DNA of 64,000 nucleotides from Bacteroidota bacterium (lineage in GTDB: Bacteria > Bacteroidota > Bacteroidia > Palsa-948): the NCBI GenBank assembly GCA_016213405.1, contig JACRAM010000116.1, positions 269-64,268 of the forward strand, in the 5' to 3' direction. Shown here one piece after another: positions 21,546 through 31,709 of the stretch. The notes under the pieces are model-generated. The model searched no databases, was not told where the DNA came from, and saw only the letters and a program-made list of their open reading frames with translations. Position numbers and translations under genes: made by a program. Each line of letters begins with the position of its first letter. The first letter of the stretch is position 1.

Positions 21546-24500
21546 TTATCTGGTCAATGGGATTTTCTTAAAATCACCTTCATCTAAAAAGGCGAATTTT
21601 CTTTCAAATAACCCTGCAAGTTTCTTGTTTGCCGTAGCAAAAATAATCTGACGATTCTCATTAATAACAATCTCTCTTAAATAATCCAAAAACGAAAGAA
21701 TATTCATGTCATCCGTATAAGTTACCGGATCATCAAACAGTAGGATATTTGGAGCTTTGTTAATTTTTTTGTTCAGTGATAAAAATATTGAAAGGGCTAA
21801 TGCAGATCTTTGACCAGAACTAATTTTTGTTATTGGTCTATCTGTTTCACCACTAAGCAAATTTAAATACACTTTACCGTCTCTAAAAACAACGTCTTTA
21901 AATTCATAAGGAGAATGAATATTTGAAAATACATCCTGAATCTCTGAAAGATTTTTAGCAATAAAATCAGTCAATACTTTTTCCTCCGAATCTTTTTCCA
22001 AGATTTCTCCGATTACATCTAATGCATTCTTTAATCTTATAGTTTTAGGAATTAATCCTTCATTGGCTTTTAACGCTACTGATTTTATTTGTTCAGCTAA
22101 TTTATATTGAGTTAAAAGAGCTTGGTCATTTTTTATATTTAAAAGTAATGAAGAAATATTTTGAATTTTTAAACTAATTTCCATTATTTTTTCTTCAGGA
22201 GTCAATTCCAAATACTGCTTTATCTCGTTAAAACACTTTATAGCAAACTCAATAATTGACTTTCTTTCACTAAGGTGTAAATGGAATTCTGAATAATTAG
22301 GTCTGCTTTCAAGTGTGGTAACATAGCTCTTTAGTTTTTCATTCAGAGATTCAATCTTAGAAGTTAATATGGCAATCTCCTCATTTATTTTATTTGCATC
22401 ATTTTCAAGTAGTATTTTATAATTGCTTTGCAGAGTAATATCTTCAGGAATAAATTTCATTTCTGGAAATATCTCCGTGATCCTATTTTTTAATTGCTTG
22501 AAACTATCTTCATTGACCCCGTCATTACTCATTACGGCTTTAAGATTAACTAAATTGTCATAATCATTTTTACATTTTTCAAGATTCTCTATATCGCTAT
22601 TTATGTTTTTCATTATTATTTTTAATGAATCAGCCCCCCTGTTCGCTTTATATTGAAAGGCGGTAATTTTTTCAATCAGCAATACCTGATTTAATAAATA
22701 TTCTGTCGATATTATTATCTGAGTAGTGTTAGTTAAACTTTGATTTAATTTTTCCAATTTCATTGAATCTGCAAGTTCTGAAACCGCTCTATTAATTCTT
22801 TGAAACAATTCATCATGTGAAGCAAAATGTGTCTCGCATAAAGGGCAATCTGTTAATTCATTATCATGATGAAGATAATCCCTACCTTTTGCTTTAATCT
22901 CAACAATAATATTCTGAATAAAATTCAATTTCTCCTTTGAAGAAATTATTTCCAATTCTATCTTAGCTTTATCCTCCTTGCACTTATTTAATTCGTTTAA
23001 ATAATTCGCTTTATACTCTTGAAGTGTTCTCGCTTCATTTTCAAAAATGGATTTATCAATTTTTACTAATTGTTCAATTATCGCATTAAGAGTATTTATT
23101 TGTTTTGCGCGTTCATCTATCTTTACCCTAAGACCATCTACTTTAAAATATTCAGGATGAGCAAAATATTTTTCACTTTCAAGTAGTAACTGGTATTTTA
23201 AATCAATAGGCGCTTTTGTTTCAATTATTTTATTTTTCTCCTTAAGCATAATCTCAAAACTATTAAAAGCAGCGGAAAACTCTTGCTCTAAGAGCTCGAT
23301 CCTTTCTTTTTCTACAATCCAATCCTTCAAACAAACCAATTTGTATGCTGGAAGGAGTTGTAGCAGGCTATTAAGTAAATTTTGCACTTCAACAATTTCC
23401 TTTTCAATTTCTGAAATATTTAATAGTGAAAATTTGGGAATCTCCTTATTCCATTTATAGTCTTTACAAACAGTAACAAATGTTTTGTAAGATTCTTCAA
23501 TATTGAGATTTTGTTTTTCCTCGTTTATAGTTTTTTCTGCATTTTGTATTTGGAGTTTATTGTTTTCAATCTGAGCAAAATAATCCCTATGTATAGGATT
23601 AAGCCGATCTTTGAACCCATTTAATCTTCCCTTTATTCTGCCAAATTCAGAACCAAGAGCAATTCTTGAAAGATATTTTATTATGGCATTGCTGTCTGTA
23701 TTATTTTGAAAATTAAATGCTGCATCAGAATAATAGAAATTGTATCTACCAAAAGACTCCTGAAGCTGGTTGCCTCTTGAATAGTCATTTTCATACCAAA
23801 GCAAATCCCTTTCCCGATATTTAGCATTATCGCTCGGAGAATACTCGTCTTCAACTCGTTCCAGATTGTAAAATCCTCTAATGCTTCCCGCAGTTTCATT
23901 ATATGCAGGATTTCTAATGGATTTACCACACAACAACATTTCAATGGCTTCCAACAGCGAGGTCTTTCCAACACCATTTACACCATCTATCAAATTAACT
24001 TTTCCAAAAACATAGTTTCTTTCGCCAATTGGGTATTGCCGGTAGTTGTCGGTTAGCTTTATCTCATTTATATAGTTTAAATGTAATCCCTGTGAGTTTT
24101 GTTTTTCTGGCTGAACATATTCTTCCTCCTTTAAAACCTTTTCATTCACGAATCTATCGATGGCTTCTGTATACGGTTCGGCATTATATACTTCATTTAA
24201 ATCTACTGAATTAAGTTTCTTTACCCAATCAACAACAATATTTTTCTGAACTTCCTTTTCTGTTTTTTTATACTCGAAAAATTTCTTGAATTCCTCCGGC
24301 TTAAATAAATACTTCCTTGTTAAAATATCATTTTGCTCGATTATTTTTTTAGAAACAGGGTCATATGCATCTCGTAAAAATATTAAATAGTAGTTCCATT
24401 GTAAATAACTTGGATTATTATAATAATCGGAAACTAAATATTTTTCTTGATACTCGTTTAAATCCTTAGGGAGTGTTTCATCGTAATCAAAATAGAAAAC

Positions 24501-24614
24501 TGCTGCTGTTTTTTTGTCTGGCTGATATTCCGCCTTAAGTATCTTATGATGTGGCACTTCAATTATGTTTTTGAATTTATTGCCAATAATATTCTCAACT
24601 ATATCTTTATTCAT
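21546..24614 (-). CDS. SMC/Rad50(SbcC)-like ABC ATPase with a coiled coil and a CxxC zinc hook, plus an unknown N-terminal domain of about 200 aa. Embedded in the Type I R-M operon
   Basis: Walker A GVNGVGKTSLLEAIEMLLCG. Long E/K/L-rich coiled-coil regions flank DCPLCETHF (a Rad50/RloC-type hook). C-terminal ABC signature SSGQRSALALSIF, Walker B ILLFDDP, then a D-loop. Start taken at the internal Met (MNKDIVENIIG), 4 nt after the upstream gene. Confidence 0.7.
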   Translation of the reverse strand: MNKDIVENIIGNKFKNIIEVPHHKILKAEYQPDKKTAAVFYFDYDETLPKDLNEYQEKYLVSDYYNNPSYLQWNYYLIFLRDAYDPVSKKIIEQNDILTRKYLFKPEEFKKFFEYKKTEKEVQKNIVVDWVKKLNSVDLNEVYNAEPYTEAIDRFVNEKVLKEEEYVQPEKQNSQGLHLNYINEIKLTDNYRQYPIGERNYVFGKVNLIDGVNGVGKTSLLEAIEMLLCGKSIRNPAYNETAGSIRGFYNLERVEDEYSPSDNAKYRERDLLWYENDYSRGNQLQESFGRYNFYYSDAAFNFQNNTDSNAIIKYLSRIALGSEFGRIKGRLNGFKDRLNPIHRDYFAQIENNKLQIQNAEKTINEEKQNLNIEESYKTFVTVCKDYKWNKEIPKFSLLNISEIEKEIVEVQNLLNSLLQLLPAYKLVCLKDWIVEKERIELLEQEFSAAFNSFEIMLKEKNKIIETKAPIDLKYQLLLESEKYFAHPEYFKVDGLRVKIDERAKQINTLNAIIEQLVKIDKSIFENEARTLQEYKANYLNELNKCKEDKAKIELEIISSKEKLNFIQNIIVEIKAKGRDYLHHDNELTDCPLCETHFASHDELFQRINRAVSELADSMKLEKLNQSLTNTTQIIISTEYLLNQVLLIEKITAFQYKANRGADSLKIIMKNINSDIENLEKCKNDYDNLVNLKAVMSNDGVNEDSFKQLKNRITEIFPEMKFIPEDITLQSNYKILLENDANKINEEIAILTSKIESLNEKLKSYVTTLESRPNYSEFHLHLSERKSIIEFAIKCFNEIKQYLELTPEEKIMEISLKIQNISSLLLNIKNDQALLTQYKLAEQIKSVALKANEGLIPKTIRLKNALDVIGEILEKDSEEKVLTDFIAKNLSEIQDVFSNIHSPYEFKDVVFRDGKVYLNLLSGETDRPITKISSGQRSALALSIFLSLNKKINKAPNILLFDDPVTYTDDMNILSFLDYLREIVINENRQIIFATANKKLAGLFERKFAFLDEGDFKKIPLTR

Positions 24615-24618
24615 GATA

Positions 24619-26331
24619 TTATCCTTCTTTATTAATTGAATTTGTCGAATAGGCTGATGTGTCCGAAATAGATGGGTAATGTGAGCTAACACACGAAAAT
24701 GTGTTCTCGGTCATTGAAGTCTTTCGCCATACAACAATGCGAGAAAGTGATGGGTCTTGAAAAATATTTTTAATATCACTTAAAGCCTTATTTGCATACC
24801 CTTCACTTTTTTCACCTATATATGCTACGGTTGCTTTATCAATACCACAAATTAGATTATGTAAGTATGTAGGTGTGGCTTCAAACTTTACTTCATCAAT
24901 GAGTTTGCCTTTGAATGTATTAAGAATGGGAGGAAAATCATCTCCCCTGTTGATAAGATGCGTATTTAAATACTCGATAGCCTTTAGCTGATTTAATCTT
25001 TCACTTTCGCCTTCTTCGTCTTCAATAAACGTTGCTCGTTTAATTATCCAGTTCTCGTCCTCTTCAAAAGAATATAAATTGATTATTAAGTGCCATTTGC
25101 TTCCGATTGAATCTATCTTTCCATTACATAAATTAATTAGCCTTTCCTTGTCCACAAAACAAACATTGCTGTCTCTCAAGTAGGCAGAAGTACAACTTTG
25201 TCTATTCAGTAATTCAGTAAATCCATCATTTACAGACTCAATGGGGATAATATCTAAATTATTCCAACCGAATAGTTTTCGTACCTCTGGTTCCGTTTTT
25301 CTTAATTGGGCATTTGGCAAGCCACTTAGTATTGGTTTTTGGCATTGAATCAAATAGATTAATTCTTTTGAGCTCAGATAGAGTGAGTGTTTTTCATTTT
25401 TATTATTTAAATAATACAGACCTTTTGCATGATTATTAATGAATTTAGCATCGGAGTTAAAATCTATATGGTGGGTTTTAATGTGAATTCCGCTTCTGCT
25501 GAATTTCGCTATCAAAGGAGATAGAGCCAAAGTCGTTCCTTTCGCCCAATTTAAACATATCAAATCCTTTAATGAATAGTCTAATATTTTTTCTCTAAAT
25601 CGTTTGAATTCTGGGCTATTTGGTTTCGGATTAAGCTGTGGATTTAAGATAATATATGGATTATCTCTCCACTTATTCTCAAGTAAGCTATCTATATTTA
25701 CATGGGTCGAAAAATTCATAGCTTCCGAGCATATTAGAGAGAAGAGATAAATAGAATTTTCATTATTTCTTAAAACATAAATTTCATTTCCTTTTATGTA
25801 ATTATTTTTCTCCAAGTCATTTGTCCAAACACCCATGTGCTCAGTTTTAAATTGAATCAATACAAATAATTTATTATCGCATTTAAAAAGATAACATAAA
25901 GGGTCGAAGAAATTTCCATTTGCTGTTAGTAATGTTTCATCAAAATAGATGACAACTTCATCGCTTGTGTGTGTGCTTTTGAAACTCCTAAGCAAATCCT
26001 TGTTTATTGATTCGCATCCTATAGCGAATAATTTTCTGCTTGCAGGATGAAGCGTAGGTGTTGAAATAAGTTCAGATAGGACTGACCATGGGCAAGAATA
26101 TTCTGGTGTCATAGCAACAGAAACATCATTATCCTTAGCTAATTTAAAAAAGGCTTTAAATTTATTTTGTACTTCTGTTTGATTTGAATTTTGGAAACAT
26201 TGAGCAGTTGCCGTAAAATCTCCTTTATGTTGGTATAGTAGAATAGAATAGGGCGTTGTGCTATACTCTAATGCTTCTAAGTCTAAGTTATTAACTCCAA
26301 TATTTAGTCTATCTATAAATTTGAAGATCAT
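24619..26331 (-). CDS. Hypothetical 570-aa protein with no recognisable domain. Translationally coupled between hsdR and the SMC-like ATPase
   Basis: Long ORF. Its start overlaps the hsdR stop (ATGA) and its stop lies 4 nt before the ATPase start. No nuclease, phosphoesterase or P-loop motif was identified by eye. Confidence 0.6.
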   Translation of the reverse strand: MIFKFIDRLNIGVNNLDLEALEYSTTPYSILLYQHKGDFTATAQCFQNSNQTEVQNKFKAFFKLAKDNDVSVAMTPEYSCPWSVLSELISTPTLHPASRKLFAIGCESINKDLLRSFKSTHTSDEVVIYFDETLLTANGNFFDPLCYLFKCDNKLFVLIQFKTEHMGVWTNDLEKNNYIKGNEIYVLRNNENSIYLFSLICSEAMNFSTHVNIDSLLENKWRDNPYIILNPQLNPKPNSPEFKRFREKILDYSLKDLICLNWAKGTTLALSPLIAKFSRSGIHIKTHHIDFNSDAKFINNHAKGLYYLNNKNEKHSLYLSSKELIYLIQCQKPILSGLPNAQLRKTEPEVRKLFGWNNLDIIPIESVNDGFTELLNRQSCTSAYLRDSNVCFVDKERLINLCNGKIDSIGSKWHLIINLYSFEEDENWIIKRATFIEDEEGESERLNQLKAIEYLNTHLINRGDDFPPILNTFKGKLIDEVKFEATPTYLHNLICGIDKATVAYIGEKSEGYANKALSDIKNIFQDPSLSRIVVWRKTSMTENTFSCVSSHYPSISDTSAYSTNSINKEG

Positions 26332-29099
26332 TAGGCTACCAATTTCCTTGTTAACTCAACAAGTTGTTTTATTTCTTCTTCTGTAAATAATTTTTCCACC
26401 GCATTCATTCCAAAATTTGTAAATGGTGCTTCATATAGATCAGCTTCTTCCAGTTTCCGTTTCTGATAAAACACAGTTTGCACAGTTCGCAAAAAGCGGG
26501 TTTGGTCGGCATTGTAATTATGTTCCAGTATAAACGCATCAAACGCCTTGCGTACAATCTGCTCGTAGCTCGGCAAGGTTTCTAATTTCAGCACATGCTT
26601 TAAAAAGTCAACCAAACTTCCAACGCGCACACCAAACGCTTTCAGCATGTTGTCTTCGTTCAAAGTAATTTCATCCGTTCCAAGTTCAATTTCCAGAGTG
26701 CTTTCCAAAGAAATTAAATCATCTAATGTAACGGCTTCACCTTTTTTCAGTTTTTGTATCGCAGTATTTTTGCTTGCCAAATGCTCAATCTTTTCTTCCA
26801 CTTTCTTTTTGTATTCCTCCACCATCATTTTCTGTCCTTCCTTTCCTCCTTGTTTTACAATCACCCACTTGCGGGAATCAATCACATCATCCAAACCAAG
26901 TTCAACAATCAGAGAAGGTTTCTCACGCTTGTATTTCATCAGAGGGGAAAGGGCGGTCTTTGCTTCATCAATGTTTTTCAGTTGGGGCTGGGTCCAAAAC
27001 TTTGTGGAGAGAACGGCTTCACGGTAAGTAATTTTTTCCTGCACTTGCGGTAAATTCGGTGGAAGCAAATCCACATCTTCACGAATGGAGTTGATGAGCG
27101 TGGCAGTATCTTTCTTTTGCAGCATGTAAAGCCCGCAGCGTTCCATCTTGCTGGTAAAAAATGCTTCCGCCATATTCACATCGGGGACAAAACGCAGGAG
27201 CGGAGCCGCTTTCATTCTCATCAGTTCAATTTTTTGAGGCGTAAGGAATTTCCAGAAATCATCTTCCCATGTTTCGCGCACATCTTTGATGTTTTTTTTC
27301 ACAGTGAAAGAGTCAAGTGGAATCCGGGCAATGTAGGCACGGCACTCTTTCACGATGCGTTGAAAGTCCTCTCCGCTCTGGTCGCCAATTAAAATTTCCA
27401 ACTTGCTCAGTCGCGTATTGAAAATGGAAACAAGAATCGGAATCTGCTTTATGCCGTTCTCATCTTTGGGCATCATGTTGAAATGCTCAAAGTTTTCCCA
27501 GAAGTCAACAATGAGAAAATTATCTTTTTTATTTTCAGGAAGCCATTCTAAATGCTTACACGCTTCCAAACTCCTTGTTCCGCGCCCGATCATCTGCCAG
27601 AATTTTATCTGCGAGCCAACAGGTTTCATAAATGCAAGGTTCATCACTTCGGGAACATCCACACCCGTATCGAGCATATCTACTGAGATCGCAATGCGGG
27701 GCATATCCTGTTTCTTGAATTTTGCCAGTAAATCACTTGCGCGCTCCACACCGGATGTAATCACACGCGCAAGCTGCCCTTTGTGTTCGGGATACATTTC
27801 ATTGAAGGTTTCTTCCAAACGGATGGCGTGTTTCTGAGTAATAGCAAATATGATGGTCTTTGCAGGAAGCTGTCCTCCGGCATCCTTGTGGCAAACATCC
27901 ATGAATTCTTCCCACTGCCGGACAAGGGTATCCTTATTCGTTACCTTTTTTTCCAAATCTGTCCCTTCAAAGTTGATGTCTTCGGGATTGATGCCTCGTT
28001 CTTTCAGCGATTCCTGATCTGCTTCGGATAAATCCACTCCTTTTATTCCCTTCCGCTGAAATTTTGTTTGAGCGGAATACACATTGTAATCGGCAAGGTA
28101 TCCTTCCTTAACTGCATCATCATATTTATAAAGATAAGTTGGTGCAGTTCCATCACACTCAAAAAACCGGAAAGTATCTCGGTCAAGAAAATGCGCGGGG
28201 GTTGCCGTTAAGCCAATTTGAACCGCATCAAAGTAGGCAAGTACATCGGTGTATTTATTGTAAATGCTTCTATGGCACTCATCGGAAACAATCAAATCAA
28301 ATTCGGCAGGATTAAATTTTTCATAGCATAACTCCAGCGTTTGCAATGTGCTTACATACACGCGGGTGGTTTTATCAATATTGAAAGTGCGGATGCGGGT
28401 CCTTGCTTCGTTTGGCAAATGAACTTTGAAACCATCGGTCAATGCCTGGTCAACCAAACTGTCTCTGTCAGCAAGAAATAAAACTTTTTGCGCCTGCCGT
28501 GCTTGCAGGAAAACATCTATCAGAGCCATTATTGTTCTTGTCTTTCCGGTTCCGGTTGCCATCACGAGCAATGCCTTTCGCTTTTTTCTTTTTTCAACGG
28601 CTTCGGAAATCCTTCTGATAGCTTCAATTTGGTAGGAACGATTAACAATATTGTCCTTGATCTTTATTTCGTTGAGCGGAAGTTTGTTTTGTTTGAGGTG
28701 AAGTAGTCGTTCAAGATTCTCTTTAGAAAAAAATCCGGCAACTAATCTTTCAGGATATTGTTCCGTGTCCCAGAAAAATATTTCTTCCCCATTCGCCATG
28801 AAAGCAAAAGGGCGGAAGGATTGTTTTTTGGCGATTTCGGTTACATAACGAAGCACTTGCTCTTTGCCTACTCTTGCATCGCGCCTTGTTTTCTTGGCTT
28901 CAATTACTGCCAATACTTCACCGTTGCTCCTGAATAAACAATAATCAGTAATCCCGCTTTGCGGAGAAGCATCGTAACCTTCAACCGGAATTTCAAAGCC
29001 AACCGATGTGCGGTCAGCCAGGTTCCATCCCGCCTTGACCAGATCAGGGTCAATGAGGTTGTAACGGGTTTGGGATTCGTTGAAGGTGGAAATACTCAT
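26331..29099 (-). CDS. hsdR: Type I restriction enzyme R subunit HsdR
   Basis: 922 aa. N-terminal PD-(D/E)xK nuclease (YCLFRSNGEVLAVIEAKK). SF2 helicase Walker A LVMATGTGKT, DEAH-type box IVSDECHRS, and helicase C-terminal motifs. Confidence 0.93.
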   Translation of the reverse strand: MSISTFNESQTRYNLIDPDLVKAGWNLADRTSVGFEIPVEGYDASPQSGITDYCLFRSNGEVLAVIEAKKTRRDARVGKEQVLRYVTEIAKKQSFRPFAFMANGEEIFFWDTEQYPERLVAGFFSKENLERLLHLKQNKLPLNEIKIKDNIVNRSYQIEAIRRISEAVEKRKKRKALLVMATGTGKTRTIMALIDVFLQARQAQKVLFLADRDSLVDQALTDGFKVHLPNEARTRIRTFNIDKTTRVYVSTLQTLELCYEKFNPAEFDLIVSDECHRSIYNKYTDVLAYFDAVQIGLTATPAHFLDRDTFRFFECDGTAPTYLYKYDDAVKEGYLADYNVYSAQTKFQRKGIKGVDLSEADQESLKERGINPEDINFEGTDLEKKVTNKDTLVRQWEEFMDVCHKDAGGQLPAKTIIFAITQKHAIRLEETFNEMYPEHKGQLARVITSGVERASDLLAKFKKQDMPRIAISVDMLDTGVDVPEVMNLAFMKPVGSQIKFWQMIGRGTRSLEACKHLEWLPENKKDNFLIVDFWENFEHFNMMPKDENGIKQIPILVSIFNTRLSKLEILIGDQSGEDFQRIVKECRAYIARIPLDSFTVKKNIKDVRETWEDDFWKFLTPQKIELMRMKAAPLLRFVPDVNMAEAFFTSKMERCGLYMLQKKDTATLINSIREDVDLLPPNLPQVQEKITYREAVLSTKFWTQPQLKNIDEAKTALSPLMKYKREKPSLIVELGLDDVIDSRKWVIVKQGGKEGQKMMVEEYKKKVEEKIEHLASKNTAIQKLKKGEAVTLDDLISLESTLEIELGTDEITLNEDNMLKAFGVRVGSLVDFLKHVLKLETLPSYEQIVRKAFDAFILEHNYNADQTRFLRTVQTVFYQKRKLEEADLYEAPFTNFGMNAVEKLFTEEEIKQLVELTRKLVA

Positions 29100-29368
29100 C
29101 TTTAAAAAACATCTACATTTGTTACCATGAGGTGTTATTCAATAATCAAACAAAAACAAAAATAGCAATAATGATTTAAGAAAGTCAGTGTAAATAAAAT
29201 ATTGCGTTAGGATAATTCTCGCTTAGGAAACCACGAATTTTCAAGTTACACGAGGATAAATTCAAACGCTCACGTTAAGCGTGGGCTTTGGTTTGTCTGT
29301 GTAACGAGTGCTTCGTGGTACTCCTAAGCGGATGGGCTGAATGTCCCACGCTTTTAATTTTTATACAA

Positions 29369-29875
29369 ATGAAAAACACGAACAACAAAACCAATGAACA
29401 AATTCTGGATGAACTTTATTCGTCCGGTCAAAAAGAAATTCGGCTGGATTGGCTGGAAGAAAAAGGATTTAACATATCGGTAATACAAAGTGAAACAACC
29501 TATGGAAGTTCCGTTTTACTTTCATCTACCAGATTTGAAAATCAAATCATCGGTGATTACGAATTAATTTTTTTGAATGAGAAAAGCACTCAATTAACAG
29601 TTTACTTCAGAATCGAAAAGATAAATTATTGGAGTGATTACAAAGAATTAGTTCAGCAGGCAAGAAAATTAATAAATAGAAAACTTGTAATAGTCAATAC
29701 TCTTTGGGCATACAAGTTTGATAGTGATATTTCTGATCCAGAAGGCGCTGCTCATTATGAGGAAGAAAAAATAAAAGTAGAAAAAGAAATTAAAGAATTG
29801 ATTTCAAAAATTGATGAGTTATCCAATGCTTTCAGTACTTCAATAGAATACATCAAACGAGAATTGCTCAAATGA
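29369..29875 (+). CDS. Hypothetical protein (168 aa), divergent from hsdR
   Basis: ORF with start at MKNTNNKTNEQ; the longer track ORF begins with an implausible Cys-rich extension. No domain recognised. Confidence 0.45.
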   Translation: MKNTNNKTNEQILDELYSSGQKEIRLDWLEEKGFNISVIQSETTYGSSVLLSSTRFENQIIGDYELIFLNEKSTQLTVYFRIEKINYWSDYKELVQQARKLINRKLVIVNTLWAYKFDSDISDPEGAAHYEEEKIKVEKEIKELISKIDELSNAFSTSIEYIKRELLK

Positions 29876-30305
29876 AAACCGACAGAAAGAAGAAGAACAA
29901 AGTATTGCGGTTAATCAGACATTACTGGAAATGCTTTTGCTACATGGTTTTCATTCCTGATTATAGTAATCAGAAGAAAAGGTGAAATATTTTTTTTATA
30001 CGTTTGTATTGACAATAGTTCGGTAGTTTTTTAGAAAATAAACTCATAGTTAGGATTTTTAACCAGTCGCAATCGTATCCCAACTACTATTTTACGTTAT
30101 TTAACGAGTTCGCAACGATGCAATAACGATTTTTAGCGTTTCTTACAAGTGCGGATCGGCTTTGCAATGAACATGGAGCGTTGTATAAACGATGTTTTTG
30201 CGTTCTGCATTGGTGTTGTAGCGGTGTTGTGCTTGTTCAATCAGGATGTTTTATGTAAAAATTTAGAAAACTCCGCAAGATGTGTGTTCTGGAGAAATGA
30301 CATAA

Positions 30306-30959
30306 TTATTTTCTTAAACTTTCTCCAGTGAGTATTAGTTCATTGAACATCTCTTTAAATCTATCCTCAATGCGAGCTCCATATTCCTGTTCGATCAATT
30401 TCACATTAAAGTTGCTCGTAATGTAAGTCATCGAACCATTGTCCGTAAATTCTCTATATCGTCTTGTCATAATATCTTTCATTACATTTCTGGTTGTGCC
30501 GTAATGAAGTGCCTGCCTATTTTCATCTCCTATGTCATCAAAGAAAATATTTCCTTTGTAATAATTACTCAAACATTTCGCACCAGATGTTTCGTAATCT
30601 GCAACTATTTCATCGCAATTAAACATTCTGAATCCTTTGCCAGACAACAGTAAACGATTAGAAGCGAGGGCTCGGAATATTTTCAGAGCCAATGTTTTGC
30701 CTGTTCCCTTTCCCCCATGAATAAAAAGTCCCTTTCCTAAATCGCCTTTGAATTTATCATCATTGAAGAAATAATAAATGAGTTGTGTGTATAGATTTAA
30801 CCTTTCTTCTTCTAATATAAATTTCTTTTCACCAGAACTGATCGGCATAAACTTTTGTCCTAAATACAAAATTGCTTCCATGACTTCATTAAAGTTGTAA
30901 CGAACCTGCTTAATGGTTACGGGTTGATGGTTTATTATATTAAGCAGGTCTAAATTCAT
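30306..30959 (-). CDS. P-loop ATPase, DnaC/IstB-like (putative helicase loader or replication ATPase of the element)
   Basis: Walker A FIHGGKGTGKTLAL and Walker B IFFDDIGDE. 217 aa. Overlaps the upstream DUF1376 gene by 4 nt. Confidence 0.5.
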   Translation of the reverse strand: MNLDLLNIINHQPVTIKQVRYNFNEVMEAILYLGQKFMPISSGEKKFILEEERLNLYTQLIYYFFNDDKFKGDLGKGLFIHGGKGTGKTLALKIFRALASNRLLLSGKGFRMFNCDEIVADYETSGAKCLSNYYKGNIFFDDIGDENRQALHYGTTRNVMKDIMTRRYREFTDNGSMTYITSNFNVKLIEQEYGARIEDRFKEMFNELILTGESLRK

Positions 30960-31666
30960 CGTGAAGTATGGTCAATTTTATCTATGTCTATTTTACAGGG
31001 TTTTTGTTTCACATTATTTTGAAAATTATTTTTTTCCCAAGTGCGAACTGAGGCGTGCCAGTCCTTCATTTTGTTTTTCCCTACCATCCAGCCGTTAGAT
31101 TCATAATGATCCATCCATGCCTGAGCATCTACCTGATTATTTCGTTCTTTGCAATACGCCATAATTTCTTCTAAGGTTGGCTTTTGGAATGTTCCCCCTG
31201 CACCCTCTTTTAAATCTTTTATATTGTCTTTTTCAATTTCATGGTCATTGTCAATGTTTGCCTGAGCAAATTTTTTTTTAAAAGAAGATTTTTTTCCACC
31301 TTTAGAACCTGCTGCCGTTCTGACCTTTCGCAGATACTCGTCTCGAATCATCCGGCTGGAAAATATGTATCCGTCTGTATCAATTTTCACCACTTTTTTT
31401 TCTAAAAGTTCATTTAAAAGCGATGAGATTTCTTCCGGACCCCCACTCATCATGCGTGTCAGCGTCAAACAGATTTCAGATTTTGCTTGCACTTTTGGTT
31501 GAGCGGTTGCTTCAATTTTGCTCAAGCAAAATTTTCCGTAATCTTCCGAATCGTGCATCACGCAGAGTAAGTTAATCCACAACCCTTGTGCCGCCAGAGA
31601 ACAACTACTGAGTTTTGTATCACTAAGCCAGTCGCCAGTATAGAATAAGATTGCCGGACGTTTCAT
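30956..31666 (-). CDS. DUF1376 (YdaU-like) replication-associated protein
   Basis: The N-terminus ILFYTGDWLSDTKLSSCSLAAQGLWINLL matches the DUF1376 signature F/Y-x-x-D-W/Y-x-x-D-T-x-x-L-S...G-x-Y/W-x-x-L-L. A C-terminal Trp-rich segment follows. Confidence 0.55.
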   Translation of the reverse strand: MKRPAILFYTGDWLSDTKLSSCSLAAQGLWINLLCVMHDSEDYGKFCLSKIEATAQPKVQAKSEICLTLTRMMSGGPEEISSLLNELLEKKVVKIDTDGYIFSSRMIRDEYLRKVRTAAGSKGGKKSSFKKKFAQANIDNDHEIEKDNIKDLKEGAGGTFQKPTLEEIMAYCKERNNQVDAQAWMDHYESNGWMVGKNKMKDWHASVRTWEKNNFQNNVKQKPCKIDIDKIDHTSR

Positions 31667-31709
31667 TGGGCTGACGTTGGATTAAAGTATAAAGTGCTGC
31701 CAGTTTGCA

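Noticed and set aside
30149-30331. 60-aa plus-strand ORF in the non-coding gap
   Set aside because: Minimal length, Cys/Phe-rich low-complexity translation, and it overlaps the end of the minus-strand ATPase gene.
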